Under the pieces are notes generated by a model. It saw only the letters and a program-made list of their open reading frames with translations. It made no database searches and was not told the origin of the DNA. The position numbers and the translations under genes are program-made. Positions 30,449 through 41,045 of a stretch of DNA of 64,000 nucleotides are shown here, one piece after another. Source of the DNA: an uncultured virus (IMG/VR IMGVR_UViG_2848843299_000006) (taxonomy: Duplodnaviria; Heunggongvirae; Uroviricota; Caudoviricetes); IMG/VR virus record IMGVR_UViG_2848843299_000006; one strand, 5' to 3'. Positions within the stretch are counted from its first letter, which is position 1. Each line of letters begins with the position of its first letter.

Positions 30449-33400
30449 TTAATAGCGCTGATTACCTTGTATTGCACCGCTTCTGATTTCTGTCATCAGA
30501 ACGTCATATACAGTACCTTTAACCATCCTGGTTATCATTGTTGCTTCCTTTTCTGTCATGCCATTGGGAGCCTGAACCTGAAAATTGAAGTACATATCCC
30601 CCATGCTGACACCACCATCGCCACCCATCTGCCGGTTACTGATTACTTTTCCGCTGTCACCGGGGATCATGTACTGATGACCGTTCGATGCCTTGAATAT
30701 TTCAGGCTGCCCATTCTCACCAACGCGATACATTTTGTTAGCGTCAACGGGGCCACCGTTATAACGGGCACCGGCGACAGCCATTGTTTTACTCGCCGCC
30801 ATGGCTGACATGTAAGACGCTGAACCGGCTGTAACCGCCGCCCCCATCGTTGCAATAGCAACACTCATTGCCGCTGGAGCCCATGCTGATTGTACTGCCA
30901 CGGCCTGAGCAACAGTAGATGCCTGCGCTGCTGTTGACATGGCCTCACCAACAACCATATTTTTAATCTGCTGCATCCCCATCTGAACTAACGCCCCTAC
31001 AGCCTCATCAACAATGGTTGACGCTACATTACGGAATGCATCATTAAGACTCTGTGCGCCGGTAATAAGCCCTGTCAGTACGTTGGATGAGCGCTGACCG
31101 AGAGCATCAAGACCATCTGCGAGAAACTGATTGGCCTGACTCTGATTACGCCAGATTTCCCACTGAGCATTCAGTCTTGCTTCCTCATACTCAGTGTTTG
31201 CTGCATTTATCAGCGCAAGACTTTGCTGTGCCGTAATAACTTTCTGATTTTCAAAATTTTTAATCAGTGCCAACTTCTGAGCGTGCTCATTAGCCAGCGC
31301 CTGAACAGGATCAACCTGAGCCACCATATCCTGAACAGGAGTGACGGCTGATTTTGCATTTATCTCTGCCGTTTTTCTGGCGTGTTCCGCTTTTAACTCA
31401 ATGCTGCGTTTCTGATACTGCTCCTCGGTGATGAGGTTGCCTTTCAGTTGCCGTTCAAGCTGCTCACCGGCATGTTTGATGTCCTGATCAACTTTTGCCT
31501 GAGGGTTTTGCTCAAAAGCCTCTTTTCGGTCTTTGATTTTCTGCGTAAGGTCGTACTCTTTACCGGCCAGTGCTGTAACTTCGGCGATCTGAGCAGAATT
31601 AGCTTTTGAACCAAGCTTCTGTACTGCTTCAAGAATTGCAGCCTCGCGGGACAGCCCTTTTGTTTCCAGCTCTGCAACTTTCGTCGCATTAGCCAGGTCG
31701 GTTATCTTCTGTTTGAGTTTTTCCGCTTCTGTTGCTTCTTTTTTTGCTTCGGATACCGCCTCCCTTGATATTTTAATACCGGTTTTTTTTGCTTCGCTTG
31801 CCTCGCCAGCTTTAGCAGCTAATTCAGCAAGTTTTTTAGCTTCCTGCTCTGATATCCCTTTATCTTCAACATAATACTTGACCTGTAATTGACGTCTTAC
31901 TACGTCATCCTTCGCTCCAGCCATTTCAATTTCACGTTCAAGCGTCTTTTTCATGTCAGCGCCAGCATCTGACCATTCAACTTTCAGGCTTGCTGAATTG
32001 AACTTTTGTTTTGCTTTTGTGGCTCCGTCAAGGTCAAGCCCGTAAGCGCGAAGTGCTGCTCCGGCATTAGGTAGCAAAGTACTCGCCTCTCGCTTTAGCA
32101 GCTCCTCGCCCTGCAACAATTCCCCGTTTAACTTCGCTTGCGCTGCACTGATAAAATTCACAGTCTTGCTTCTGTCATTTTGCACGCGCTCAAGATTGGC
32201 TTCTGCTTTTGCTAATTTTCTGGATATTATTTCGAGGTTCTCCTGGGTACTGCCAAAGTGTAATACCCCATCAGAATATGCTTTGTATGCTGTTTTGAGA
32301 TTTTTAACCTCCTGCTCTGCAGAGCGCTGAGCATCCGTCAGAACTTCGAGCTCGTCCCTGGCATCTGCTATTTTTGCTGCCAGTTCGGTGCGAGACATTT
32401 TATCCATGCTGGCACGCAATTCATTTAGTGAATCAGCAAACTCTTGTGCTGATCTTTTTGCTTCTTCAGCTTTTTGGAAAAAATAATACACAGCGGCTCC
32501 GGCCAACATCGCAGCACCAACCGGTCCACCAATCAAGGATAGAGCTTTGCTTGCCAACCCACTTGCAACGTTAAGTCTGTTCTGTGCCGCAGCGAGACTA
32601 TTTGTAGCTGCGGTTTCCTGCTGTGTTAATCCTGTTATTACTGCTGAGTTTACTGCCAATTCACGGCGAATTCTGGTTCTCTGCGCTTCAGTAGTGGCTG
32701 CTGCCAGCTGCGCACCCAGCGACTGCTGAACTGTCACAGCCAGAGTCTTCTCAGCTGCAATTCTGTTGATGGTTGCCGTGGCGGCTTCGATCTCAACTCT
32801 GACCGCTTGTTTTGTCGCCGCCATATCGGCAAGTGTCTCTTTAACTTTCTTTGCCTGAGCGGTAGCTGATAGCGTAAGAGCTCCAACATATCTAGACCCC
32901 ATGACACCGGCTGCAATAAGCAATACGTTAGTCAGTGATTCCAGATTGTTGCTGGCAGATACGGTAGCGTCGTTGAAGATGTTTATAAATGTCTTAACAG
33001 TGGTGTTCTCGCCAAAGAATTTAGTAATATTATTACTGGCGATCTGAAGAGACTGCGACATTGTTTGTGTTGTATTCGCAAACTCCTTCTCAATAGCTGG
33101 TCCCATTTCACGGAATGCTTTTAACAGTACATCCGTGGTTAATTTGCCTTCTGCGGCCATCGCTCTCAGCTTGCCGATGCTGACACCCAGTGAATCCGCA
33201 AGTCCTTTCATCAGTGCCGGAGCCTGTTCACTCATTGAGTTAAATTCCTGCCCGCGCAGTACACCAGATGCCAGTGCCTGTGATAACTGGACAAGTGCAC
33301 CTTCTGATTCTGCTGCTGTGGCACCTGAAACGGTCATTGCCTTTGAGATAGTGGTGGTTATCTGCCCTAACTCTTCGCCACTGAGCCCGGCACTGCGCAT

Positions 33401-33772
33401 CGCTCTTTCCAGTCGTGAATACAGCGTTGCGATACCGTCAAGGCTTGAACGACTGTTCTGAGCAATATCAAACACGCGCTGATTCACCACCGCCAGCGTC
33501 TCTCCGGTCTTTATGGAGTTGACGAGTTTGTTATTCAGCGCCGTCCAAGCTTCCGCGTAGCTGGTAACGGCTGACACAGACAAGTAAGCAGTCAGAGATG
33601 CGGCAACCCGCGACAGCGAGGCCATTGAGCGCTCAGTGCCATTGACGGCGGTCGTTGTGCGGTTAAATCTGCCTTCCATATTCCGCAGCCGCTGATCCAG
33701 TTGACGCTGTGATGTCAATAACTGAGCAACATCCATCTGCACCTGATATACGATTTCACCGACGTTTGCCAT
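30449..33772 (-). CDS. Tape measure protein
   Basis: 1107 aa helical Ala-rich; QLSQALASGVLRG.EFNS..EQAP; GARYNGGPV C-terminus. Confidence 0.93.
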   Translation of the reverse strand: MANVGEIVYQVQMDVAQLLTSQRQLDQRLRNMEGRFNRTTTAVNGTERSMASLSRVAASLTAYLSVSAVTSYAEAWTALNNKLVNSIKTGETLAVVNQRVFDIAQNSRSSLDGIATLYSRLERAMRSAGLSGEELGQITTTISKAMTVSGATAAESEGALVQLSQALASGVLRGQEFNSMSEQAPALMKGLADSLGVSIGKLRAMAAEGKLTTDVLLKAFREMGPAIEKEFANTTQTMSQSLQIASNNITKFFGENTTVKTFINIFNDATVSASNNLESLTNVLLIAAGVMGSRYVGALTLSATAQAKKVKETLADMAATKQAVRVEIEAATATINRIAAEKTLAVTVQQSLGAQLAAATTEAQRTRIRRELAVNSAVITGLTQQETAATNSLAAAQNRLNVASGLASKALSLIGGPVGAAMLAGAAVYYFFQKAEEAKRSAQEFADSLNELRASMDKMSRTELAAKIADARDELEVLTDAQRSAEQEVKNLKTAYKAYSDGVLHFGSTQENLEIISRKLAKAEANLERVQNDRSKTVNFISAAQAKLNGELLQGEELLKREASTLLPNAGAALRAYGLDLDGATKAKQKFNSASLKVEWSDAGADMKKTLEREIEMAGAKDDVVRRQLQVKYYVEDKGISEQEAKKLAELAAKAGEASEAKKTGIKISREAVSEAKKEATEAEKLKQKITDLANATKVAELETKGLSREAAILEAVQKLGSKANSAQIAEVTALAGKEYDLTQKIKDRKEAFEQNPQAKVDQDIKHAGEQLERQLKGNLITEEQYQKRSIELKAEHARKTAEINAKSAVTPVQDMVAQVDPVQALANEHAQKLALIKNFENQKVITAQQSLALINAANTEYEEARLNAQWEIWRNQSQANQFLADGLDALGQRSSNVLTGLITGAQSLNDAFRNVASTIVDEAVGALVQMGMQQIKNMVVGEAMSTAAQASTVAQAVAVQSAWAPAAMSVAIATMGAAVTAGSASYMSAMAASKTMAVAGARYNGGPVDANKMYRVGENGQPEIFKASNGHQYMIPGDSGKVISNRQMGGDGGVSMGDMYFNFQVQAPNGMTEKEATMITRMVKGTVYDVLMTEIRSGAIQGNQRY

Positions 33773-33815
33773 TTACCGGCTCCTTAAAATGAAAAACCGC
33801 CAAATGGCGGATATG

Positions 33816-34508
33816 TTAAACTGTCTTCCTGCTCACCAACCGGCGCTTGCCCTTAATCAGGTCATCGTTACGGACATCATCGGCCTTGGTGATAGCCTCA
33901 TACTCATCTTTCGTGAAGCCTTTCTCATCCGGATATTTCGCTTTCAGCATCATCACGAACTCGGTCATTGTGAGTTGTTCCGCTTCGCTGCGGGTGATGT
34001 TGAAATGCACACGGGCGGCACTGATGTAATCGACGGCGTGGAACTCGTCGGAGTATTCGTCTTTACCTTCGTTGCGCTGGAGTTTGCGCACCTTAGCTTT
34101 ACCGATAATGCCGTGGGTCATTAGCTCGCGCGCCAGCAGGATGATATCGCGATAATGCATAGCGCCGCGCCGGTACACCATGCCGGATTTGCCAACCCGC
34201 CATTCACCGATAACCTCAGAACAGTCATCGTTACAACATGCCTGCATCACGTCCATTGCTGTCGATAAAATGCTGCGCCCGTAAACCGGTTTATTTAACA
34301 GTGCAATCAGCCATTCAGGAACCACTCCGTAAGCGTCTACAGCAGACGCTATAATTTGTTGTACCTCAGCGCCATTTAATTGCGTAAACGCACTCACAAT
34401 CTCTTTAGGCTCACCGATTCGCGTCATGGCATCCAGCGACGGGCGGAACAGGTAATCATTTTCGGCAGTGGATATCACCATCTCGCCGTATTCTAAACGC
34501 GGTGTCAT
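33816..34508 (-). CDS. Probable tail assembly chaperone
   Basis: Between tail tube and tape measure genes. Confidence 0.6.
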   Translation of the reverse strand: MTPRLEYGEMVISTAENDYLFRPSLDAMTRIGEPKEIVSAFTQLNGAEVQQIIASAVDAYGVVPEWLIALLNKPVYGRSILSTAMDVMQACCNDDCSEVIGEWRVGKSGMVYRRGAMHYRDIILLARELMTHGIIGKAKVRKLQRNEGKDEYSDEFHAVDYISAARVHFNITRSEAEQLTMTEFVMMLKAKYPDEKGFTKDEYEAITKADDVRNDDLIKGKRRLVSRKTV

Positions 34509-34558
34509 ATATCCTCCTGAACATTATCAAGGGCACCCGGAGATACCCTTTGTAATAT

Positions 34559-35314
34559 TTAGGCCGCAGTGACTGTAACGACACATTTCGCCGCCTTACT
34601 GCCATCTTCCGATGTGACTGTAATATTCGCGGTACCGGCGGCGACACCGGTGACAGTGACAACATTCAGTAGCTTACTGACGGTAGCGAAGTTAGGCTTA
34701 TCGCTGACCACTTCGTAATTTTTGTTTGTCGCGTCAACAGGATTAAATCCGACCGTGAATGTTGCAGTTTCACCAGCTTTCACAGTCAGTGTCGCGGGGT
34801 TGGCTGCGATGCTCTGAACCACGATTTCTTCCTGCAGCCATTCAAAGCTGTCAGCGTCTGCGACTTTCAGTTCACCGGAATACGTGGAGATTTCTTTGGT
34901 CGGGAACTCCATAGACCATGATGTGAAGTTCATGTAACTCTGAATCACATCACTACCATCGCCTTTCATGTCAAGCTGCACCCAATATGACGGCTGACGG
35001 CTGGCCTTGACTTCAGCAAGGATTTCTTTGGCGATATCAAAAGCAGACGTGGAACCATCAGCACCTTTGCGCTTCAGTTCACCATCAAACTTAATGGTTA
35101 AATCCAGACCGGTCACGATGGCCTCAGTCAGGCCTTTCGTGTCATCAGCCTTGGATGTAACTGTTTCAGTTCCGTAATCCACGCTTTTGCTGGTCAGTGC
35201 GCCGAGACGCAGAAATGCGGACTGTTCAGGAGCCGTACCGGGGCAACCGGACGCGATGCGGAGAATTCCCGCATTACCCATCACCAGGCCTTTATCATCA
35301 GGGCATTGTGCCAT
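34559..35314 (-). CDS. Major tail tube protein with C-terminal Ig-like domain
   Basis: Big_2-like P.DATNK..VTGVAAGTANITVT.EDG. Confidence 0.85.
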   Translation of the reverse strand: MAQCPDDKGLVMGNAGILRIASGCPGTAPEQSAFLRLGALTSKSVDYGTETVTSKADDTKGLTEAIVTGLDLTIKFDGELKRKGADGSTSAFDIAKEILAEVKASRQPSYWVQLDMKGDGSDVIQSYMNFTSWSMEFPTKEISTYSGELKVADADSFEWLQEEIVVQSIAANPATLTVKAGETATFTVGFNPVDATNKNYEVVSDKPNFATVSKLLNVVTVTGVAAGTANITVTSEDGSKAAKCVVTVTAA

Positions 35315-35378
35315 GTTGTAACCTCTTTATTTGCAAATAAAAAAGGCCGCCGAAGCGACCTGTTTGAAGTGTGTTTGT

Positions 35379-35750
35379 TTATGATGTGCAGCGGAAGGTC
35401 AGGGGAATCCAATACCTCCCCTCTGCCGTCTGAACCGGATTCACGAACCCGGAAATATTGATAATGAAATTCAAGCCATGAGACTGAGCATGGCACCTGA
35501 CATAATCAAGTATTTCATAGGCTCTCTGAGCGACAAACTCCACCCAATTCTTACCTGAAATTAACGACACTGTGAAAAAATCGTCACCACCAAGATCATT
35601 GATTCTTCCGGTTCCGTCCCGCTGCTGAAAAACCATGTACGCATCCAGGTCGTGTCCGCCGGATTCTGACCATTCATAGTCCTGAATGATAAAACCGTCA
35701 GACAGCCCTGACTCGGAAAAATAACGCTTAACCTGCTCGATGGTGGTCAT
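35379..35750 (-). CDS. Tail completion/terminator protein
   Basis: Position; EGR..F C-terminus. Confidence 0.6.
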   Translation of the reverse strand: MTTIEQVKRYFSESGLSDGFIIQDYEWSESGGHDLDAYMVFQQRDGTGRINDLGGDDFFTVSLISGKNWVEFVAQRAYEILDYVRCHAQSHGLNFIINISGFVNPVQTAEGRYWIPLTFRCTS

Positions 35751-36115
35751 ATGCGCATTTCCTCCGCGACAGCCTGGTCAATCATCTGCTGTGTTTCCTC
35801 AAAGCCTTTAGTGAGGAATTCTTTCTTCGCTGTCGGTCTGCGGAAGCTCTGCTTCACATTCGGGTCGTGAACGAAAACAGCATAGGATGCTGAGTAACCC
35901 ACACGCCCGGTAAACAACGTTCCTTTCACCTCCACATCACGGAACTGAGAGTTGATCAGTGTCTTTGTATCAATCGGCGTGTATACCGCAGCCTGTCTGC
36001 CGCCGATATCCAGCGCACGATGCATGGCCCTGCTGACTTTCTTTGACGTGATATTACCGACCAGCGCATTAAGGTCAGCAACAGCACGGTTAATACCGAT
36101 TACTTTTGCTCCCAT
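35747..36115 (-). CDS. HK97 gp10-like neck protein
   Basis: TPIDT.TL.NS..VGY.A.YA..VH..FL. Confidence 0.7.
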   Translation of the reverse strand: MGAKVIGINRAVADLNALVGNITSKKVSRAMHRALDIGGRQAAVYTPIDTKTLINSQFRDVEVKGTLFTGRVGYSASYAVFVHDPNVKQSFRRPTAKKEFLTKGFEETQQMIDQAVAEEMRI

Positions 36116-36116
36116 G

Positions 36117-36458
36117 TCACACCACCGTTGTTAGAGTGTAGTCATCTTTGCCGCCGTTAATATCGCGGTCACGGTCAACAGCTTTGATTCTGCTGGCTCC
36201 GGCCACGAACGGATCTTGTCCGTCATGCTTGCCGATAGCGATGTAATCATCCTGTGTGGCTTCGCTGTATTCCGTCCAGATGACATTTTTGATGACAATT
36301 TCAGTGCCTACCGTTTTTGTTCCGTCACTCATCCTGCTTCCGTAGTCACACCGGATATGAATGGGCTCTGAAAATTTCGGCTTGCCGTAACTGTCGTTGC
36401 CTTCAATCTTCCAGATAGTTGCCCATCCCTTGCAGAACCGGCGAAGGATTTTACCCAT
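36117..36458 (-). CDS. Head closure protein (putative)
   Basis: Position in neck module; DSYGKP motif. Confidence 0.55.
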   Translation of the reverse strand: MGKILRRFCKGWATIWKIEGNDSYGKPKFSEPIHIRCDYGSRMSDGTKTVGTEIVIKNVIWTEYSEATQDDYIAIGKHDGQDPFVAGASRIKAVDRDRDINGGKDDYTLTTVV

Positions 36459-36459
36459 A

Positions 36460-36837
36460 TCACCCTCGGTTCACGTCAAACTGAATAATGCCGACCGGCC
36501 GGTCAATAGGCAGGTTATCTGTGCATCCGGCGATATCCAGCGCGGATAACAATTTCAGCAATGATTTTCTGCCGTCAGCAAAATACTGGTACGAAACTGA
36601 AGCACCGGACGGTGCATGTTCTGATGCAATTTTACGGACATCAGCCGCAGACAGGATGAGGATGACGGAATACACCTTGATAAGCGTCATCACCGCATCC
36701 GTATACCCTGCCTTATCAAGGCATCCGTCAATGCTGTCCACTACAGATAATGCGGCGGCAACCGCAAAATCAGGAGCCTCAAACCCCATCATTTCCAGTT
36801 GCTCGCCTATCTGCTCCGGACTGATTTGTACTGCCAT
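36460..36837 (-). CDS. Head-tail adaptor (putative)
   Basis: Follows capsid gene; I.SE.APSGAS.SY. Confidence 0.55.
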   Translation of the reverse strand: MAVQISPEQIGEQLEMMGFEAPDFAVAAALSVVDSIDGCLDKAGYTDAVMTLIKVYSVILILSAADVRKIASEHAPSGASVSYQYFADGRKSLLKLLSALDIAGCTDNLPIDRPVGIIQFDVNRG

Positions 36838-36882
36838 ATCACCTCCGGATTATTACTGCGATTACTTCGCAGATTTAGCAGC

Positions 36883-37842
36883 CTAACCGCCTGCATCAGC
36901 ATCTTTACCGAATGTCACCATAACCCCGGCAGTGTCTTTGATGCTTGCAGCAATTTGTTTCCAGTTATCAATTGCGGCTACCTGTTCGTTAGTCGGTGAC
37001 TTGATACTGTCCTTCGCCCACTGATAACCACGCAAACCGATGGTGAAATCATATTCCCCCTGCATCAGAGCCTTAATGTTTTCCTGTCCGAGAACGTCCT
37101 GCGCTTTCATGATCAGCGGTGAGGTCTGTACAGCCGCTGCACCGGTAACCAGACCGAGTGAATGCTGCTTATTACCTTCAGACAGAGACGGAATATCAGA
37201 AATTACAAAACGACGCCCGAATCCGTCCTGCTTGATGGCCACGTTACCAATCTGGAACAGGTTACTGGAGTTGGTTAGTGTTTCGTCCATAAAGTCATTG
37301 AACGTTGCACCGTCCATCAGCCAGGCGATAATACGGGAATACGCATCACCAAACGGACGGGTGCCTTTGTTTAACCCGCGCAGTGATGGTGCGCTTCCTG
37401 CTGCTGTCAGATCAGTAACTGCCGCAGCGTTGCCGGAGATTGCCGCTTTCAATGCCGCACCGGCAGTGTTCAGATAATCCTGAAGCATCGCTTCTGCAGC
37501 CTGCGCAGATACTACCGCTGCCGCTTCTGCTACGTCTTTACCCAGGCGCTTCATCATCGTCGGAGTGACAGATACCGGCCCGATACGACCATCGACCTTA
37601 ATCATCCGGTCGAGAATTTGCCCTAACTCCTGCGGTGTAAGATTATCTGATCCGTATGCATTACGACGCTGTGCCAGACCACCAAGTAACTGCCATGATG
37701 TCTGCTCGATGTAATCACCAATATGGTCACCATCACCGAAAACCAGCGCACCGCCGGATGCTTCATTAAACTGCTGTACTGCCTGAGCCACCAACTCTGT
37801 CGCTGCCAGAGATACCTGGTGCTGAAAAATATGCAATGTCAT
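36883..37842 (-). CDS. Major capsid protein
   Basis: 319 aa after scaffold; FNEASGGAL..GY.W..SPT..NW..IKDTAGV. Confidence 0.8.
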   Translation of the reverse strand: MTLHIFQHQVSLAATELVAQAVQQFNEASGGALVFGDGDHIGDYIEQTSWQLLGGLAQRRNAYGSDNLTPQELGQILDRMIKVDGRIGPVSVTPTMMKRLGKDVAEAAAVVSAQAAEAMLQDYLNTAGAALKAAISGNAAAVTDLTAAGSAPSLRGLNKGTRPFGDAYSRIIAWLMDGATFNDFMDETLTNSSNLFQIGNVAIKQDGFGRRFVISDIPSLSEGNKQHSLGLVTGAAAVQTSPLIMKAQDVLGQENIKALMQGEYDFTIGLRGYQWAKDSIKSPTNEQVAAIDNWKQIAASIKDTAGVMVTFGKDADAGG

Positions 37843-37847
37843 AAATC

Positions 37848-38540
37848 TTATGCCTCTGTATTTTTTGCAATGATTTCACGTGCGCGATCCACCAATGGAT
37901 TCACACTTTTGGGTTTATCACTGCCTCCGGCAGGTGATTTGTCTTTGCCTCCGTCACCCCTGGTTCCGGTTGCCTTACTGCCGATAATGACCGGCGCAAA
38001 TAACTGATTATTTCTGAATTCTTTTTCCAGCTCATCGATAGTCAGAGCTGATAGTTGCCCAGTTGCGTCCACCACGCGGGTTTTACCATCTTCAACGGCA
38101 AGGCGTGATTTGATATGCGGCACAATCAGAGCAGCACTGTCACCCGCAAGTTTTGTCGCCAGCGACTGCGCGACGTTATCAACCAAAAGTTTTTGCAGGC
38201 TGGCATCTTTTTCCTGTAACTGTGTCAGTAACTCTTTTTCGCGGATGTTGAGTTTTTCAGCCCAGCTCTTTTCTAGTGATTCGATATCACCGTTTTTACG
38301 GGCCTGTTCTTCTGCAGCTTTCTTTGCGGCTTCTTCAGCCTGACGGCGCTTTTCCTGTTCTGATTTCTTCTCAGATAACAGTTCATCGACTTTCTTCTGA
38401 AGACCGGACACATCCGGGATGTCAGGCATGCCGTCAATCTGGATTTGGTATCCGTCACCGGCTTCTTTGTACATGGCCTTATGCTCTTCAGTCAGCACGT
38501 CAAATTCTTCTTTGGTTAATTTCCACTTAAACATCGTCAA
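37848..38540 (-). CDS. Capsid scaffolding protein
   Basis: Coiled coil, charge-rich, upstream of capsid gene. Confidence 0.75.
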   Translation of the reverse strand: MTMFKWKLTKEEFDVLTEEHKAMYKEAGDGYQIQIDGMPDIPDVSGLQKKVDELLSEKKSEQEKRRQAEEAAKKAAEEQARKNGDIESLEKSWAEKLNIREKELLTQLQEKDASLQKLLVDNVAQSLATKLAGDSAALIVPHIKSRLAVEDGKTRVVDATGQLSALTIDELEKEFRNNQLFAPVIIGSKATGTRGDGGKDKSPAGGSDKPKSVNPLVDRAREIIAKNTEA

Positions 38541-38599
38541 CCTCTGGTTTTGATGGTGTAGTCACTGACTACAGGTAATAAAAAACCCGCCGGAGCGGG

Positions 38600-39661
38600 T
38601 CATTTGAGTTCGATATCGGCCTTTCTGAAGGCATCGGGTATGATTTTCTGAAGTTCCTTCAGTGTTATTGGTCTGAAGTATTTATCGAGTTGTAATTTTG
38701 CGAATCGTTCCGGTGATAACCCGCCGTCACGGAATAACTGTGCCCTGGTCTTACCAAGCACAATGTTCTGCCTGTTCGCTGGCTGGCGGTAAAGCCACTC
38801 GTAATAAGTTTCTTCGCCCCATTCAGAATTACCGACCGGCTCTGTGACAAACAAGTCTGCATATTTTTCATCAAGCACCGGGAGCAAGCGACTACGGCAG
38901 TTAGGGTGAAGCGGAGGTCTCGGTCCTTTACCAAGCGGATAACGGCGGCCGGACAGAGAACGGCACACTGCCGATGTTTTGTTATCCAGTATTGCACTGA
39001 ATTCCTCATACTTAATCAGGTCAGAATTCTCTTTATAGAAATCCGTCGCCGCCACACTGTGAGCATGTTGTAATGTCGTTCTGGCAACAGTCTGAAATCC
39101 CCTGACCACCCTGCCAACCACTGCCGCTGCGATTATCAGCGGTTCCGCTGAAGTTCCGTTAATCGCTGATTGCAGACCAGCCACACTCCCGCCTGACGAC
39201 AACGATATCACCACCTGATTCTCTATCTGCTGCATGGCTGTATCGGCCCACGACTCAATGAATTTGGCGAGAAACAGGGAGCTGTTCCATCCCGTCAGAG
39301 AGAGCGGTATGTTTTGCACATCTCTGCGCACCTTGTCAGTATCAGCCGGATTAACGTTTTTTACCAGTGAGTTAAACCCGTGATATTCAGCGTCTGCCAT
39401 CACAACAGCGGCGTTGATAATGTCATCAAGTAACCTGTCAGAATAACCGGAAAGAACTGGCTTTAGCGTTTTTCTCAGCGCCAGCGCAATTGATTTCGCT
39501 CTGCTGACTGAGGAAACACTACCGGAATATCCGGATAATGCAGATGCTACAGCAGCGCGAATATCTGACACCAGTTCACGTGTGTCAGCAGTTGATGACT
39601 TGAGCCTTTCCAGCATAATCTGAATCATCAGTGCATTATCAAAAATGAGACCCGGCCGCAT
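38600..39661 (-). CDS. Minor head morphogenesis protein (SPP1 gp7 / Mu F family)
   Basis: LDNKTS.VC..L.G..PPLHPNCRS. Confidence 0.88.
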   Translation of the reverse strand: MRPGLIFDNALMIQIMLERLKSSTADTRELVSDIRAAVASALSGYSGSVSSVSRAKSIALALRKTLKPVLSGYSDRLLDDIINAAVVMADAEYHGFNSLVKNVNPADTDKVRRDVQNIPLSLTGWNSSLFLAKFIESWADTAMQQIENQVVISLSSGGSVAGLQSAINGTSAEPLIIAAAVVGRVVRGFQTVARTTLQHAHSVAATDFYKENSDLIKYEEFSAILDNKTSAVCRSLSGRRYPLGKGPRPPLHPNCRSRLLPVLDEKYADLFVTEPVGNSEWGEETYYEWLYRQPANRQNIVLGKTRAQLFRDGGLSPERFAKLQLDKYFRPITLKELQKIIPDAFRKADIELK

Positions 39662-39664
39662 ATT

Positions 39665-41044
39665 TTATACTCCCAGCATATTTGTACCTCTGATCAACTC
39701 CAGCTCTTCAGCTACATCCTCCGGTTTCTCATCCTGCGGGACAAGGTTCGCCCCCTGCATGTACCGGATAAAATCTACAATCCGCATATTGCCGGACTGC
39801 ACAGATGCCAGAAGTGCAGTAATTGCTGCCGAATCAAACTGCGCAATCTCGTATGTCTTATTGAGTTCAACAGAAGCTTCTCCAGTTCCGGCAAACTGAA
39901 TACAGAAAGCCAGCGCACGATTAAAAGCCCGCTCAACATTACCGGCGCTCAACGATAAAACAGAGTTATCCGTCTGTGCTTCATCCAGTGCCTGTGTTGC
40001 TGTTCTCGCCGATGAACCTCGCTCAACCAGCTTTGCTCCCAGCATTGCCATCTGCTTTTCCCGGCGCTCTGCCACAATAATCTGCATGGTGCGTTCTTCC
40101 GGCTGTGCAAACTTCATATCGCCACCCTGAGGCAACAACACTCCTTTGCGGGAACCGACTGTGAACCCGCCTGACATGTGGTTTTTCACCCAGTCATCTG
40201 TCAGGCCTGACAGCGCAACCATCGGCTGACCGATAGTGTGTGCTGACTCTGCAATATCTGCCTCAATCTGGTAATGCTTTATATTCATATAAGCTATGTC
40301 CGCCAGTGGTGGCGCATCAGGAGTATGGTCATTGTTTTTTGACCCAATCCACGACCATGGCAACTCAGAAAGCGGCTTTCCCTGCGCATCAGTGAATTTT
40401 ATCCACTCGCCAGAGCTGATTTCACTGTCCTTCTGCCACCGCCTTGAGTGTGCCAACCCGTCGATCAGACGTAACTCAATCCAGCGGTCCTGCATTTGCA
40501 GTTCAAAATCATCAGACTCAACCGGTTCCTGATATTTCACAACAACTAGTGATGTTTTCCCGCCGGTGACCCGCCAGTTGATAATCTCCTTCGCCGTAAA
40601 CAACCGGACGTATGGTCTGCCTTTGTCTGCCTCAGTCTGGATACCTGCCCCACTGAAATCACTGAGCAGTCCGGCACGGCCACGCTGCAATACCTGAGAC
40701 AATGCATCGCGGATCATCTGAGTCAATGGTTGCCCCTGACCATCAATATCAGCTTCAAGACTCTTTGTTCCACCCGATATACTGATTTTTACCGGCTTAC
40801 TGAATGCAATACCGAGTAATCCGCTTAATGTTCGTCCGGTTGCATTCAGAAACGAAGCACGGAGAAGATATTTTTTGTATCGCTCACCATCATCGTCATC
40901 CCGCTTTTTATCTGCGGGGTGCGGCAGGTACTTTTCACCGCGGCTTTTCACTACGCGCTCACCGTCAACGCAGTCCCCGATCATATTCCATTCCGGTAAA
41001 AATTCGGTGTATGCCGGATGTTTGTAATCCACGTTTGTATTCAT
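39665..41044 (-). CDS. Portal protein (DUF4055-like)
   Basis: 459 aa after TerL; YLP..Y..Y..RA.F.N.T..PPL.DIA..N..HYQ. Confidence 0.85.
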   Translation of the reverse strand: MNTNVDYKHPAYTEFLPEWNMIGDCVDGERVVKSRGEKYLPHPADKKRDDDDGERYKKYLLRASFLNATGRTLSGLLGIAFSKPVKISISGGTKSLEADIDGQGQPLTQMIRDALSQVLQRGRAGLLSDFSGAGIQTEADKGRPYVRLFTAKEIINWRVTGGKTSLVVVKYQEPVESDDFELQMQDRWIELRLIDGLAHSRRWQKDSEISSGEWIKFTDAQGKPLSELPWSWIGSKNNDHTPDAPPLADIAYMNIKHYQIEADIAESAHTIGQPMVALSGLTDDWVKNHMSGGFTVGSRKGVLLPQGGDMKFAQPEERTMQIIVAERREKQMAMLGAKLVERGSSARTATQALDEAQTDNSVLSLSAGNVERAFNRALAFCIQFAGTGEASVELNKTYEIAQFDSAAITALLASVQSGNMRIVDFIRYMQGANLVPQDEKPEDVAEELELIRGTNMLGV

Positions 41045-41045
41045 G

